Below, piece after piece: positions 26,801 through 38,450 of a DNA stretch of 64,000 bases (position 1 is its first letter; each line of letters opens with the position of its first letter). The position numbers and the translations under genes are program-made. The notes beneath the pieces are model-generated. The model ran no database searches. It was not told where the DNA came from and saw nothing but the letters and a program-made list of their open reading frames with translations. This stretch comes from Macrostomum lignano (lineage: Eukaryota). The stretch covers positions 149,312 through 213,311 of the forward strand of contig NIVC01000782.1 of the NCBI GenBank assembly GCA_002269645.1, in the 5' to 3' direction.

Positions 26801-29094
26801 CAAGGCCAAGCCTTCAAAATTAAAATCGCCGAACTTAAACTGATTTATAATTTCTTAGAAGTTATTCTTTTAAAACAAAGTAGGGGCTAGACTCAGATTG
26901 ATTGGATGCCGACATAAAAGATTTCATCAGCTTCAAGATTACATTCATCAATTTTAAAGATTATACGCGTTTTAGGCCTACACAGTCTGATTTTTCATGT
27001 TAGAACCACCCGTGTCAGCAGTTTATACGCGAATTCAGCACAATTTTAGGTACGATAAACATGCATATCCTGCATGCTGGTTGCCTTTACTGCATGCTGG
27101 ATACTCGTACATATTGCCTGCACAATGACAAACAAACTAGTACCGTCTAAATTCAATATTGTAGCCTAATCACAACTGAATAGTATTGCTTTCTATTCGT
27201 TAATAAAAAACGGGAGTTAAATACATTTCACTGTACAGAGTTAGTTATTCCTAAAGCAACTTTCGATACATCATCAATTTTGAATATGCTTAATTTTGAG
27301 TACAAGTGCCAGCAGCAGGCTTGTTTGAGCTGACTGCGATCCCTAAAATACAGATATGGATATTAGATATGACTTAGGGGCCTAGCCTAGATAGATGGAT
27401 CGTCAGAATATCATTAAAATAGATCATATCATCATCGTTAGGCCTACTACCTGGTTCTGCCACACTGACTAGACTTAGACTAGACTAGAGTCTAGACCTA
27501 TTCTATTGGTATAGAAAAATTAAAATCAAACTTGATGGGGTTGGGAAGCACATTGATCATTAAATATAGGCCTACCAAATAAATCAAGTTTTAATGCATG
27601 GGGATAATAATAAGCTTTTAATATCAAAGCATTTTATTTTTAAAACCAAACAAAAAGTAAATGGTTAATTTCTAGCATAAAAAGTTCATTAGGCCAGGCC
27701 TACATTTATAAAATAAGAATGTTTTGACTAAATTCTTATTTTTGTTATTTAAATTTTGTTTTTGCCCCTAAATTATTGTGGCCATAATCATGGATATTTT
27801 GTATCTAGACTTTTCTTTCCTGCAAACATTTATTTTATCAAAGGTTATATTATTATAATTATGATATATCTATATTTATATAGCATTAGGTAAGATTATG
27901 TTATTTAACCATTTTCATATTATAGTTCTAAAAAATTATAAAATTTAATGGTTACTTATAATATAAATCTATGTTTATATGCTAGTTTTGTTAATTAATA
28001 TTTGTTGCCTTGGATTGGTAATTAACATGGTTAAATAATCTATGACCAAATTGGCTTAGGGGTAAAATAGTCTATAGGTGAAATTGTTTTAAATGCGAAA
28101 TTTCCATAGCTAACATAGCTTAAGGGAATAATGACTAGTTATTTTTTAATAGGTTTGCTAATTTGCTTTGTTTTTTTTACCCAAGAAACAAATTTTTTAG
28201 ATGCAGAATTATATACCCTCTATACCCTCCCTATATTCTCCCTGTACCTTCCATACCCTTCATATACCCATCTTTATCTCTCTACATCCTCCATACCCCT
28301 TCCCTATACCCTAATGCTCTCTATATACCCTCTGTACACTCCATACCTTCCTATACTCTCTATACTCTCCCTATATCTCTCTATACCCTCCATACTCTTT
28401 ATACTCTCCCTATACCCATTTATACCCTCCCTATATACCTTCTCTGTACCTCCATACCCTCGCTATACCCTCCATACCCTTCCTATACCCTCCATACCCT
28501 TCCTATACCTTCCATACCCTCCATACTTTTTCTATACCCACCCATGGCCTCCCTGTACCCTCTATGCCCTCCATATACCCTCAATACTCTCCCTATACCC
28601 TCCATACCCTTCTATACCCATTCATACCCTCCATATACCCTCCATACCATCCCTATACCCTCCATACCATTCCTATACCCTCCATACCATCCCTATACCC
28701 TCCGTACCATCCCTATACTCTCCTTATAACCTCTCCATACCCTCCATACCCTCCATACTTTTTCTATACCCACCCATGGCCTCCCTGTACCCTCTATGCC
28801 CTCCATATACCCTCAATACTCTCCCTATACCCTCCATACCCTTCTATACCCATTCATACCCTCCATATACCCTCCATACCATCCCTATACCCTCCATGCC
28901 CTCCCTATACTCTCCATACAATCCTGCTTTTCCTATACTTCTCCTTCCCGCGTTATACTTTTCCCTATCCAGCCTCTACTATCCCCTCTTTCCACCTCCA
29001 GCGCCTCCCCCTCTCTAGCCCCTACCCTCTCTTCCTTTACTTTCCAGCCCCCATCCTCTACTCCTTTCCAGCGCCCACCCTCTTCTCCCATCAG

Positions 29095-29610
29095 CCCCCA
29101 CCCTCTCCTCCACTCCAGCGCCCTCCCTCTCCTCCACTCCAGCGCCCTCCCTCTCCTCCACTCCAGCGCCCTCTCTCTCCTCCACTCCAGCGCCCTCCCT
29201 CTCCTCCACTCCAGCGCTCTCTCTCTCCTCCACTCCAGCGCCCTCCCTCTCCTCCACTCCAGCGCCCTCCCTCTCCTCCACTCCAGCGCCCTCCCTCTCC
29301 TCCACTCCAGCGCCCTCCCTCTCCTCCACTCCAGCGCCCTCCCTCTCCTCCACTCCAGGGCCCTCCCTCTCCTCCACTTCAGCGCCCTCCCTCCCCTCCA
29401 CTCCAGCGCCCTCCCTCTCCTCCACTCCAGCGCCCTCCCTCTCCTCCACTCCATCGCCCTCCCTCTCCTCCACTCCAGCGCCCTCCCTCTCCTCCACTCC
29501 AGCGCCCTACCTCTCCTCCACTCCAGCGCCCTCCCTCTCCTCCACTCCAGGGCCCTCCCTCTCCTCCACTCCAGGGCCCTCCCTCTCCTCCACTTCAGCG
29601 CCCACCCTCT
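29095..29610. repeat. 24-bp polypyrimidine minisatellite (CTCCAGCGCCCTCCCTCTCCTCCA)n in left TIR
   Basis: Tandem array; source of the PPSPPLQR / LEWRRGRA ORFs. Confidence 0.95.
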
Positions 29611-30714
29611 ACTCTCCTTGGTTATGCCTTTGTTACGCTCTTCCCTCCTCTCTGTTTTACTTACTGTGTCATGCATAACCCGTCTGCTACAGTGTTTTTA
29701 AATAGCCTTTTATACCCTCCTCTTTCCCTAGCCCCTCCTCCCCCGGCGGCTCCCCTTCTCGTAGCTCTGCTAATAAAATCGTAATTCTTCTTCTCTTCAG
29801 AATAATTTGCCCAGCTGCGAACTGTGATGGTGCATACCGGGTACTCGCAATTTAAAAAGCGTATGCTTTTTACTGATTTAATTCCGACGCAACCAAGCAA
29901 ATCGTTTACTTTCAAGTCCGTGCATTTTTCTTGTGTTTAACTTTTCACCGTTCGGCGTTAATGCCGTGTGGCGTTGGTGTAATACTATCGCGAAATTCAA
30001 TTTCCAATGTCATTATATAACTATTGTCGCTTTTCTGTATTACAACTATATACTATACTTCTGCATTTATTGACGTAACATTGTGCCAATAATGTCACAT
30101 TGTGTGGCCCCAATATGAATCTGTTGCTGAATGCAACTTATAGCGCAATGACCATTTTAATCGCTTGAAATACATTGTAATGTAATACTGTATCGCTTTT
30201 GGCAATCGAAACGAGACTTTAGCCAGACTCCTCACTGATCCAAATGCTCCTCAAGCAAAGGTACGAGTATATGGAAAGCAGACTGAGCTCCGCAGACTTA
30301 GTATATTTGATCTTCGGATCGCGGATAGAACCAAGGAAATCTTGATACGTAAATAAAATTGGAGTCACTTTTCCTACTTCCACTTCCCTGCTCTTTCCCT
30401 GACCACAGTCTGTGCCCCAGGCTTAAGTTAGACCAACGCAAAATACTAACCTGAATAGGAAGCAAGCAACTCACTTCCCATCACTCTAGTCTTTTTCTGC
30501 CACTGTTGTCTTGCAATACTCGCAAAGATCTCGTATGGCGTCCTATTTGAATTGGCGCAAGTCTCGTTTACATAGTCGAAAGCAATACTGGTGCCAATTA
30601 TTTGTGTCGATCAAGTTTCCTAGAGAATGATTTGTTGATAACTGTATATTTGCTGTCTTAGAGCTGCACGCTGTGTTTAACCATTACTTTGTCGTAGAGG
30701 AGCTGATGAAGGGA

Positions 30715-31420
30715 GGCGTTGGGGCGGACCTTTTGGAGGGGCGGAGCTGATGGGGGCGGTAGCGGTGGAGCTTTTGGAGGGGCGGAGCTGATGGGGGCGG
30801 TAGGGGCGGAGCTGATGGGGGGCGGTAGGGGCGGAGCTGATGGGGGGCGGTAGGGGTGGAGCTGATGGGGGGCGGTAGGGGCGGAGCTGATGGGGGCGGT
30901 AGGGGTGGAGCTGATGGGGGCGGTAGGGGCGGAGCTGATGGGGCGGTAGGGGCGGAGCTGATGGGGGCGGTAGGGGCGGAGCTGATGGGGGGCGGTAGGG
31001 GCGGAGCTGATGGGGGGCGGTAGGGGCGGAGCTGATGGGGGCGGTAGGGGTGGAGCTGATTGGGGGCGGTAGGGGTGGAGCTGATGGGGGGCGGTAGGGG
31101 TGGAGCTGATGGGGGGCGGTAGCGGCGGAGCTGATGGGGGCGGTAGCGGCGGAGCTGATGGGGGGCGGTAGGGGCGGAGCTGATGGGGGCGGTAGGGGCG
31201 GAGCTGATGGGGGCGGTAGGGGCGGAGCTGATGGGGGGCGGTAGGGGCGGAGCTGATGGGGGGCGGTAGGGGCGGAGCTGATGGGGGCGGTAGGGGCGGA
31301 GCTGATGGGGCGGTAGGGGCGGAGCTGATTGGGGCGGTAGGGGCGGAGCTGATGGGGGCGGTAGGGGCGGAGCTGATGGGGGGCGGTAGGGGCGGAGCTG
31401 AGGGGGGCGGTAGGGGCGGA
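30715..31420. repeat. 23-25-bp G-rich minisatellite (GGGGGCGGTAGGGGCGGAGCTGAT)n in left TIR
   Basis: Tandem array with G-tracts and GGGCGG boxes. Confidence 0.95.
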
Positions 31421-31639
31421 GCCCTACGTGTACGTGTATTCGAGCTACGCTGGTAGTGCAGTTGTTTGTCTAGTATAGTTTATACATGCGTATACTGTAT
31501 GTACATGTAGTCTCACAATCCCAGCAAAAGCTAGACATTTTATTTCTTTGGTTAGTAATCGTGGGGATATTAGATCCACATGCAGCTATATCGTCATTCG
31601 GTCAAGTTATGAACCCAGTCCCGCTCGATCCAGTTGCAC

Positions 31640-32212
31640 AGATTCTCAATTGGATTGCCAGTCCATGGTGCGGATGTTGTTCTCAGCAAGCTTCGGATCG
31701 TTGTCCTGCTGAAACTGGCAGCACATACCGGCGACCATCAGAACCAGTGCGGGAAAATTTGCTCTCATCACTTCAGATGACCTTGGCCCCAGTCCTGGGG
31801 TGTAGAGCTTGCATGTTGCTTCGCCCAGTTCAAGCGCCGCTTCCGGTTTTTGTCGGAGATGAATGGCTTCTTCCTAGCAATGCGGCCATGCAGTCCGGCA
31901 GCTACCAGACGGCGGCGGACAGTCATAGGGTGCAGCTGGACACCTGAAGTTCACGGCTGATGTCCACAGCGGTTAGCCGACGGTTGGACTCGGGCATTCG
32001 CACAATTCGTCGATCCAGTCGGTGGTCAGTTTTCGGTGCCCGCCAGGTCTTGAGGCACAGCCTGTGCTGCCAGTGCTGCTGAGGCGCCTGAATGCTTGCT
32101 GCTGGACGCACGTTTTCTGCGTACGTGACTTTGGCACGCTGGGAAACTCCTTGGTCGAACAGGGCCCTGATTTTCCTACACGATTCAGGCGATAGAGCTT
32201 TGCCTTTCCCAT
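31640..32212 (-). pseudogene. Decayed Tc1-family transposase
   Basis: Across frameshifts the minus strand reads MGKAK..RPGGHRKLTT/RLDRRIVRM..RLTAVDISREL/TVRRRLVAAGLHGRIARKKPFISDKNRKRRLNWAKQH/KVI*SDESKF/FQQDNDPK/DW..NPIENL. These are Tc1 HTH and DDE motifs with internal deletions and a stop. Confidence 0.88.
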
Positions 32213-34324
32213 TCTAGGAGAGTTCGAGATCATTTTTGCTTGGGTTGTATTGAATTTGATGTTTTGGACTTGGACTTGGATGTTTTGGACTTTGGAATCA
32301 GCAGGGCCACTGTTGTAGCACCTTTTAGCCCAATTAATTAAGTGGTCTCATTACTGTGTGACTTATCAAATTCGATTGTGAGATAAGGACTTCAATTAAA
32401 CAGACTCAATTGTGAGTAATTACACAACACATAACTATAATTTTACTGATTGATACCACGGTTATCTATAACTGATTAGATTAAATGCTTCCGCAATCTG
32501 TGAAGGTTATGAAACTAAAAGTTCGAATTTGTGTTAGGTGGTCTTAATTCATTGTGCGCCACTTTATGTATAATGTTGCTGAGTACTTTCAAGGCTCAAT
32601 CCAACTACATGTACCATGTCGGAGTGGCCGTCTAAATATGGCTAAAACACACTAAAAATAAAGCCTGAGAATTTGCATTTACATTGAGATAAGTAGTAGA
32701 CCTTGGAACTGGTTAACAGGCCTCAAAACGAGGCAATTGTGTTTTAAATTGAAACTAAACTGATACTGAAATTGAGCATGAAAAAGACGTACGCTCAAAA
32801 TCATTCAAAAACGACGTTAATTTGCTCTCACCGTTAATGGAGAGCCGAAACTGATACAGTGGCGTTAATTTCAATTCCTGACTACTGGCGGCAGCCCCAT
32901 CATTTTCTCTATAATGCAGCTGCTATCTCACGGGAGCTGCAAACACAGCTTTTAAATTGGGCTGAGTAGCTGATTGGGCCGCCTTAATTGTTTCCACGGC
33001 GCCTCCGGTGTGCAGGGAATACATGTAGCTGGTCATTCGGGCATGGATCCTTGTCCAGATGTATGAGGGGCACTACGAAAGTTCTGAGCCATTCGATGGC
33101 ATTGGATACATGTACGAGTGTCCCTTGACGTGTGCGACAACCCAGTGAAAAATGATTCATGGATTCCACGTGGGTTCCACGTGGCCATGTGGAATTTAAA
33201 TGTTTCTTTATTTTTTGCAAATTAATAACTTAAAGATGACATAATGGTATGCAAAGTATTTTTTATGCATTATTTTTTTATTTTTACTGTCCTAATGTTG
33301 ATGTGGATTTTACAAGGAATTCATGAGAAATAAGCGTATATTGATTCAACATGGAATCCACTTCGGTAAAAAACTGTGATACACCACATTCAGACATTTT
33401 TAGGAAATTACTATAATTAATTATTATATTTATATGTTTTTAAGTAAAAATTAATATCTTAAAGCTAAATTATAATCGGCAAATAAAACACTGTTTGTTA
33501 AAATAGACAAAATAGAAGTGAACAATAAAAAACCCTTCGTGCTTTTTAAAATTAAATTTATTTTATTTTATATTCGTCAATGTTTTGATTCAAGGCCTTG
33601 AAAGATAAATTGCCTTGTTTATGGCTATTTAAGCACCTTAAAAATTTTAGTAGACCTAGCCTATAGGCAATAACTTATCAGGCCATAGCCTCCATGAGAT
33701 TAGAAATTAGATAAATCAGTATTTTATCATAGATAGGCCTAATACTTTTGGTAAAATCCATGATAAATTTATTTAGGCCTAGGCCTCCAATTTCTAGGAA
33801 TCCCATGGCCATGTCCATAGATTGGCTACTCATTTTTTTAACTTAAATAGGCCTTTAGAAGTTCATAATTTCCTCTTAGTCCTACCTATTAGTCCTATCT
33901 ATTTATATGTATGCTTAATAGGTGTATTTTAAGCTAGGCCTGCTATAACTATCAATTTAGGTCCTTCTATTTTAATTAAGGTTAGGACTAGCTTGACTTT
34001 GTGAATTGTGACTAGTCAATCTAGTTAATATGTTAAAAATCAATTAATTTATGATTTTCTTCAAAAAAGTCTGTTAGCATCTTTTGGACTTGTTGCATTT
34101 TTAATAACAATATTATTAATTATAATAAATAATTCTTTGCAATTACACTTGCAACTTGCTTTTGGCATAGCTAGCCTAGCAGATCCCTAAGGTTGCTAAT
34201 AAAAATAAAGAATGATTATTGTAAATTTGATCTGATTTAGGCCAAGTCCAGAATTTAATTTTAAGCCATAGGGCATAGCTATTTAGGCTTAGGTTAGGCC
34301 TAGGCCTAATGTTTAATTATACTA

Positions 34325-34683
34325 TTTTTTTATTAGAGGCAGGGGGGTTGTGTGCACCCTGGCGCACTTTAAGCGACATAGGCACACAACTGGCAAGAGG
34401 CATTGCTGCCCATTCCGCCGACTCCCCTGAGCAGGCACACAAGTATTTGGATATATATGCAAGCACACTCACACAGGAATGTACAGCGGCCCTAGCTTTA
34501 TTTATTGTTAGGCATGTATACTTCACTGTGCCTTGGGGGTTGGCTCTCAAGGCCATTAATTGCATGAGCAGAGAGCCAAGCTGAGATTCCAATTCAGCCC
34601 CAAATTAATATGACTGCACTTGGATTCAAGCTTGGGTCGCTGGCACACCAGAGCAGCTGCGCTACCACTTGGCTACGGCCCCC
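34325..34683 (-). mobile_element. tRNA-derived SINE, family A, copy 2
   Basis: Reverse complement of 13948-14305; flanked by TTTAAT(T/C)ATACTA (34312-34324 and 34687-34699). Confidence 0.88.
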
Positions 34684-35077
34684 GCTTTTAATCATACTAG
34701 GCCAGCAAATATAAAAAACATGCATTGCTTTGCCTAAATACTTTATAGTCTAAAATCAATTTTAAAATAAAAAATTAAATTTATAGAAACATATATTAAT
34801 TATTTTTATACTTATTATTTTAATTTTATTAATTTTATTTTATTGATTGACTTAGGTAGGGTTTTCTTTTTTGCTAGAGACAAGGTGCAAAATCATACCC
34901 TATCATGCTCACTTTTAGGGTTTTATGATTTTAAGGCTTAGAATGCAGTTTCTTTTTTTTTATATAAAGGCAATGCAAATAAGGCTTCAACATAAAAATA
35001 GGTAATGAGATCGTACCTAAACTGTATCAACTTTTTAATTTCAGTTTTCAAGGTACAATTTTAAGATTTAGGGTGCA

Positions 35078-35170
35078 CTTGACTTACTTGACTTAGCTGC
35101 AGGGGGCTCTGTGCATCCAGAAACAGCGAGGAGGCATTGCTGCCCATTTTGCTAACCCCTGGCAAAGGCA
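35078..35170 (-). mobile_element. Short 3' terminal fragment of a LINE
   Basis: Homologous to 57399-57475; ends in a TAAGTCAAG tandem tail. Confidence 0.6.
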
Positions 35171-35278
35171 TATGCACACTTTGCACTTAAAAAATAAACC
35201 TAGGACTTAGGCCTAGTTAATTTTAAAATAAACTTTATTAAGTATTCATCCTTAAATTAGTTTTATGAATTATATCAA

Positions 35279-35380
35279 TCCTATATACTAAAAATGGTCT
35301 GTCTGTGTCTATGTGATCGATTAGAGAAAAAATGGCTGGACCGATTTTGTTCGAACTTGCACTGTTCGATCAGAAATTTT
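35279..35380 (+). mobile_element. Possible Helitron-like 5' end
   Basis: A|TCCTATATACTAAAAATGGTCTGTCTGT..AAAATGGCTGGACCGATTTT resembles non-autonomous Helitron heads; the 3' hairpin/CTRR was not located. Confidence 0.35.
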
Positions 35381-35884
35381 CCCGTGACTGTACATGCATC
35401 GTGGCTAAGAAATTGCTCGATGCTAAAGGCATTAAATATTTGAAAAACATGCTTTTTTGCAAAGGTCAAGCAAACTTTTCGACTTGAAATGCATTGTAAG
35501 AATGCTAGAGAACAAACTGACTGGTTGAATTCTGATTCTGAAATAGATTGCATCATAACTGAATTGTAACTCCGACTTGAATTGAAAATGCAGTGTGGAA
35601 GCGTAGCACCAGACTTGATTTAAATTGCGTAACCATATTGTTAACTGATACTGACTGACTGGATATTGATTATGTCATAACTGCTTCGTGTGATTTACTC
35701 TATGCTTGGATTTTAAAGTGTTGAATTATATAAGTGCAAAATTTGATGTTATCAAAACGATGAGAGCTAGCCTAGAGGTGAACAAACTGAACTGCTAAAT
35801 GCAAAGACGATGGTTCGAATTTTCATAGAGTATAATTTTTTTAATTAAAGCTTTTCAACGTCAGGAAAACTAAGACTTTTTAAA

Positions 35885-37260
35885 AAGAAGCGTCATGTAA
35901 AAATCATAGAAGCGTCATGTAAACAATCATAGAAGCGTCATGTAAACAATCATAGAAGTGTCATGTAAAAAATCATAGAAGCGTCATGTAAACAATCATA
36001 GAAGCGTCATGTAAAGAATCGTAGAAGCGTCATATAAAAATCATTGAAGCGTCATTTAAAAAATCATAGAAGCGTCATGTGAAAATCATAGAAGCGTCAT
36101 GTAAAAAATCATAAAAGCGTCATGTAAAAAAATCATAGAAGCGTCATGTAAACAATCATAAAAGCGTCATGTAAACAATCATAGAAGCGTCATGTAAACA
36201 ATCATAGAAGCGTCATGTAAACAATCATAGAAGCGTCATGTAAACAATCATAGAAGCGTCATGTAAACAATTATAGAAGCGTCATGTAAAAAATCATAGA
36301 AGCGTCATGTAAAAAAATCATAGAAGCGTCATGTAAAAAATCATAAAAGCGTCATGTAAACAATCATAGAAGCGTCATGTAAACAATCATAGAAGTGTCA
36401 TGTAAAAAATCATAGAAGCGTCATGTAAACAATCATAGAAGCGTCATGTAAACAATCATAGAAGCGTCATGTAAACAATCATAGAAGCGTCATGTAAAAA
36501 ATTGTAGAAGCGTCATGTAAACAATCATAAAAGCGTCATGTAAACAATCATAGAAGCGTCATGTAAAAAATCATAGAAGCGTCATGTAAAAAATTCATAG
36601 AAGCGTCATGTAAAAAATCATAAAAGCGTCATGTAAACAATCATAGAAGCGTCATGTAAACAATCATAGAAGCGTCATGTAAACAATCATAGAAGCGTCA
36701 TGTAAAAAAATTGTAGAAGCGTCATGTAAACAATCATAAAAGCGTCATGTAAACAATCATAGAAGCGTCATGTAAACAATCGTAGAAGCGTCATGTAAAC
36801 AATCATAGAAGCGCCATGTAAAAAATCGTAGAAGCGTCATATAAAAATCATAGAAGCGTCATGCAAAAAATCATAGAAGCGTCATGTTAACAATCATTCA
36901 AGTGTCATGTAAAAAATTGTAGAAGCGTCATTTAAAAATTATAGAAGCGTCATGTAAACAATCATAGAAGCGTCATGTAAAAAATCATAGAAGCGTCATT
37001 TAAAATCATAGAAGCGTCATGTAAACAATCATAGAAGCGTCATGTAAACAATCATAGAAGCGTCATGTAAACAATCATAGAAGGGTCATGTAAAAAATCA
37101 TAGAAGCGTCATTTAAAAATCATAGAAGCGTCATGTAAACAATCATAGAAGCGTCATGTAAAAAATCATAGAAGCGTCATGTAAAAAATCATAGAAGTGT
37201 CATGTAAAAATCATAGAAGCGTCGTGAAAAAATCATAGAAGCCTCATTTAAAAACTAATG
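35885..37260. repeat. 23-bp satellite (ATCATAGAAGCGTCATGTAAACA)n, about 60 copies
   Basis: Directly visible tandem array. Confidence 0.97.
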
Positions 37261-37299
37261 AAAGTGTCATTTAAAAAATTAAGAAGCATCATGGTAGAA

Positions 37300-38450
37300 T
37301 AAAAGAAGCGTCATGTCAGACATGAAGGGTGTCATGTAAAAATTAAATGCAGCTATAATGCTGTGCTGGGGAGAAAAAACTGAGACATAAAGGCTCTCAG
37401 AGAATAACTGAGATTACGGGGGGGGGGGGGTTTCTGAGATGTCAAAGTAAAAGTCAGAAGCTACTTCAAAGTTCATGTACTTTACTCATTTTTTATTGCA
37501 TTCTTTGTTGGCTCGCCACGGGGGGCGCTGATAGAAGAAGAGTCATGTAAAAAATAAAAGTAGCACTACGTATACATAAAAGAAAAGTCATGTTCAAGTT
37601 AAAAGATTAATTTGGGAATTGCTACAATGTCAAAGCTTGGTGGAAATCGTTATAGTGCTTGATTCTTAAAGAAGGAATCACTAAAATGTCAAGGCTTAGG
37701 GGAGAAGAATTGCTGAGATTTCAAGGCTTTAGGTTGGGTTAAAGTTAGGTTTAGGTCAGGTGTGGGTTGAGGGTTATATTTTATCAGGTTTCAAGGTTAA
37801 CAGAATAACAGGGGATTTTTTAGATTTCAAGGTTTATGGGGGCCATCGCTGACATGTTAAGGCTTACGGGGGGAATAGCTGAGATGTCAAGGCTCACGGG
37901 GGTATAAATGAGATTTCAAGGCTAAAGTCAGAAGCTACATGTAGTTTATTGAAAACTTTTTATTACATTATTTGATGCCTCCTCAGGGGAGGGATCGCTG
38001 ATAAAAAAACGTAATGTAAAAAATAAAAGAAGCTTCATGTCGAAGTTAAGATATTCATTTGGGAATCCCTACGATGTCGAGGCTTGCAGGGAATCGCTAT
38101 AATGCTGTAGTAGTGCTATTATGACTCTTAGAGAGAATTACTGAAATTTCAATGCTTTAGGGTTAGGTTAGGGTTAGGGTTAGGGTTAGGGTTAGGGTTC
38201 GGCTAGGGTTAGAGTTAGAAGGTTGACAGATATTTTTAGATTTCCAAGGCTTATTGGGGGCATTGCTGAGATGTCAAGGGGGGGAAGTTGATATGTTAAA
38301 GCTTGTGGGGGGGGAATTATTGACATGTCAAGGCTTACAAGGTTTGACAGGAGATTTTTTAAGATTTCAAGGATATATATGTAGCTTATTAAAAAAAACG
38401 TGTATTGCATTTCTTTGGCTCCCCAACGGGGGGCGTAGATTGCTAGTATT
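37300..38450. repeat. Diverged tandem repeat of about 460-bp unit (about 2.5 copies)
   Basis: Matching landmarks at 37460/37932/38383, 37514/37981/38421 and 37585/38030. Confidence 0.7.
38157..38216 (+). repeat. Interstitial telomeric repeat (TTAGGG)n
   Basis: Five consecutive perfect TTAGGG units (38168-38197) plus flanking variants. Confidence 0.9.

Larger units (their letters stand above)
27007..31620 (+). repeat. Left terminal inverted repeat of foldback element (4614 bp)
   Basis: Reverse complement of 40603-45430; inner boundary AACCCAGTC at 31612-31620. Confidence 0.92.

Noticed and set aside
28564-29784. Proline-rich and LEWRRGRA / GVEEREGA ORFs in both arms
   Set aside because: Products of the 24-bp array, open on both strands and in several frames
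35885-37260. CRISPR-like regular array
   Set aside because: Units are head-to-tail with no unique spacers, no cas genes are present, and the context is eukaryotic
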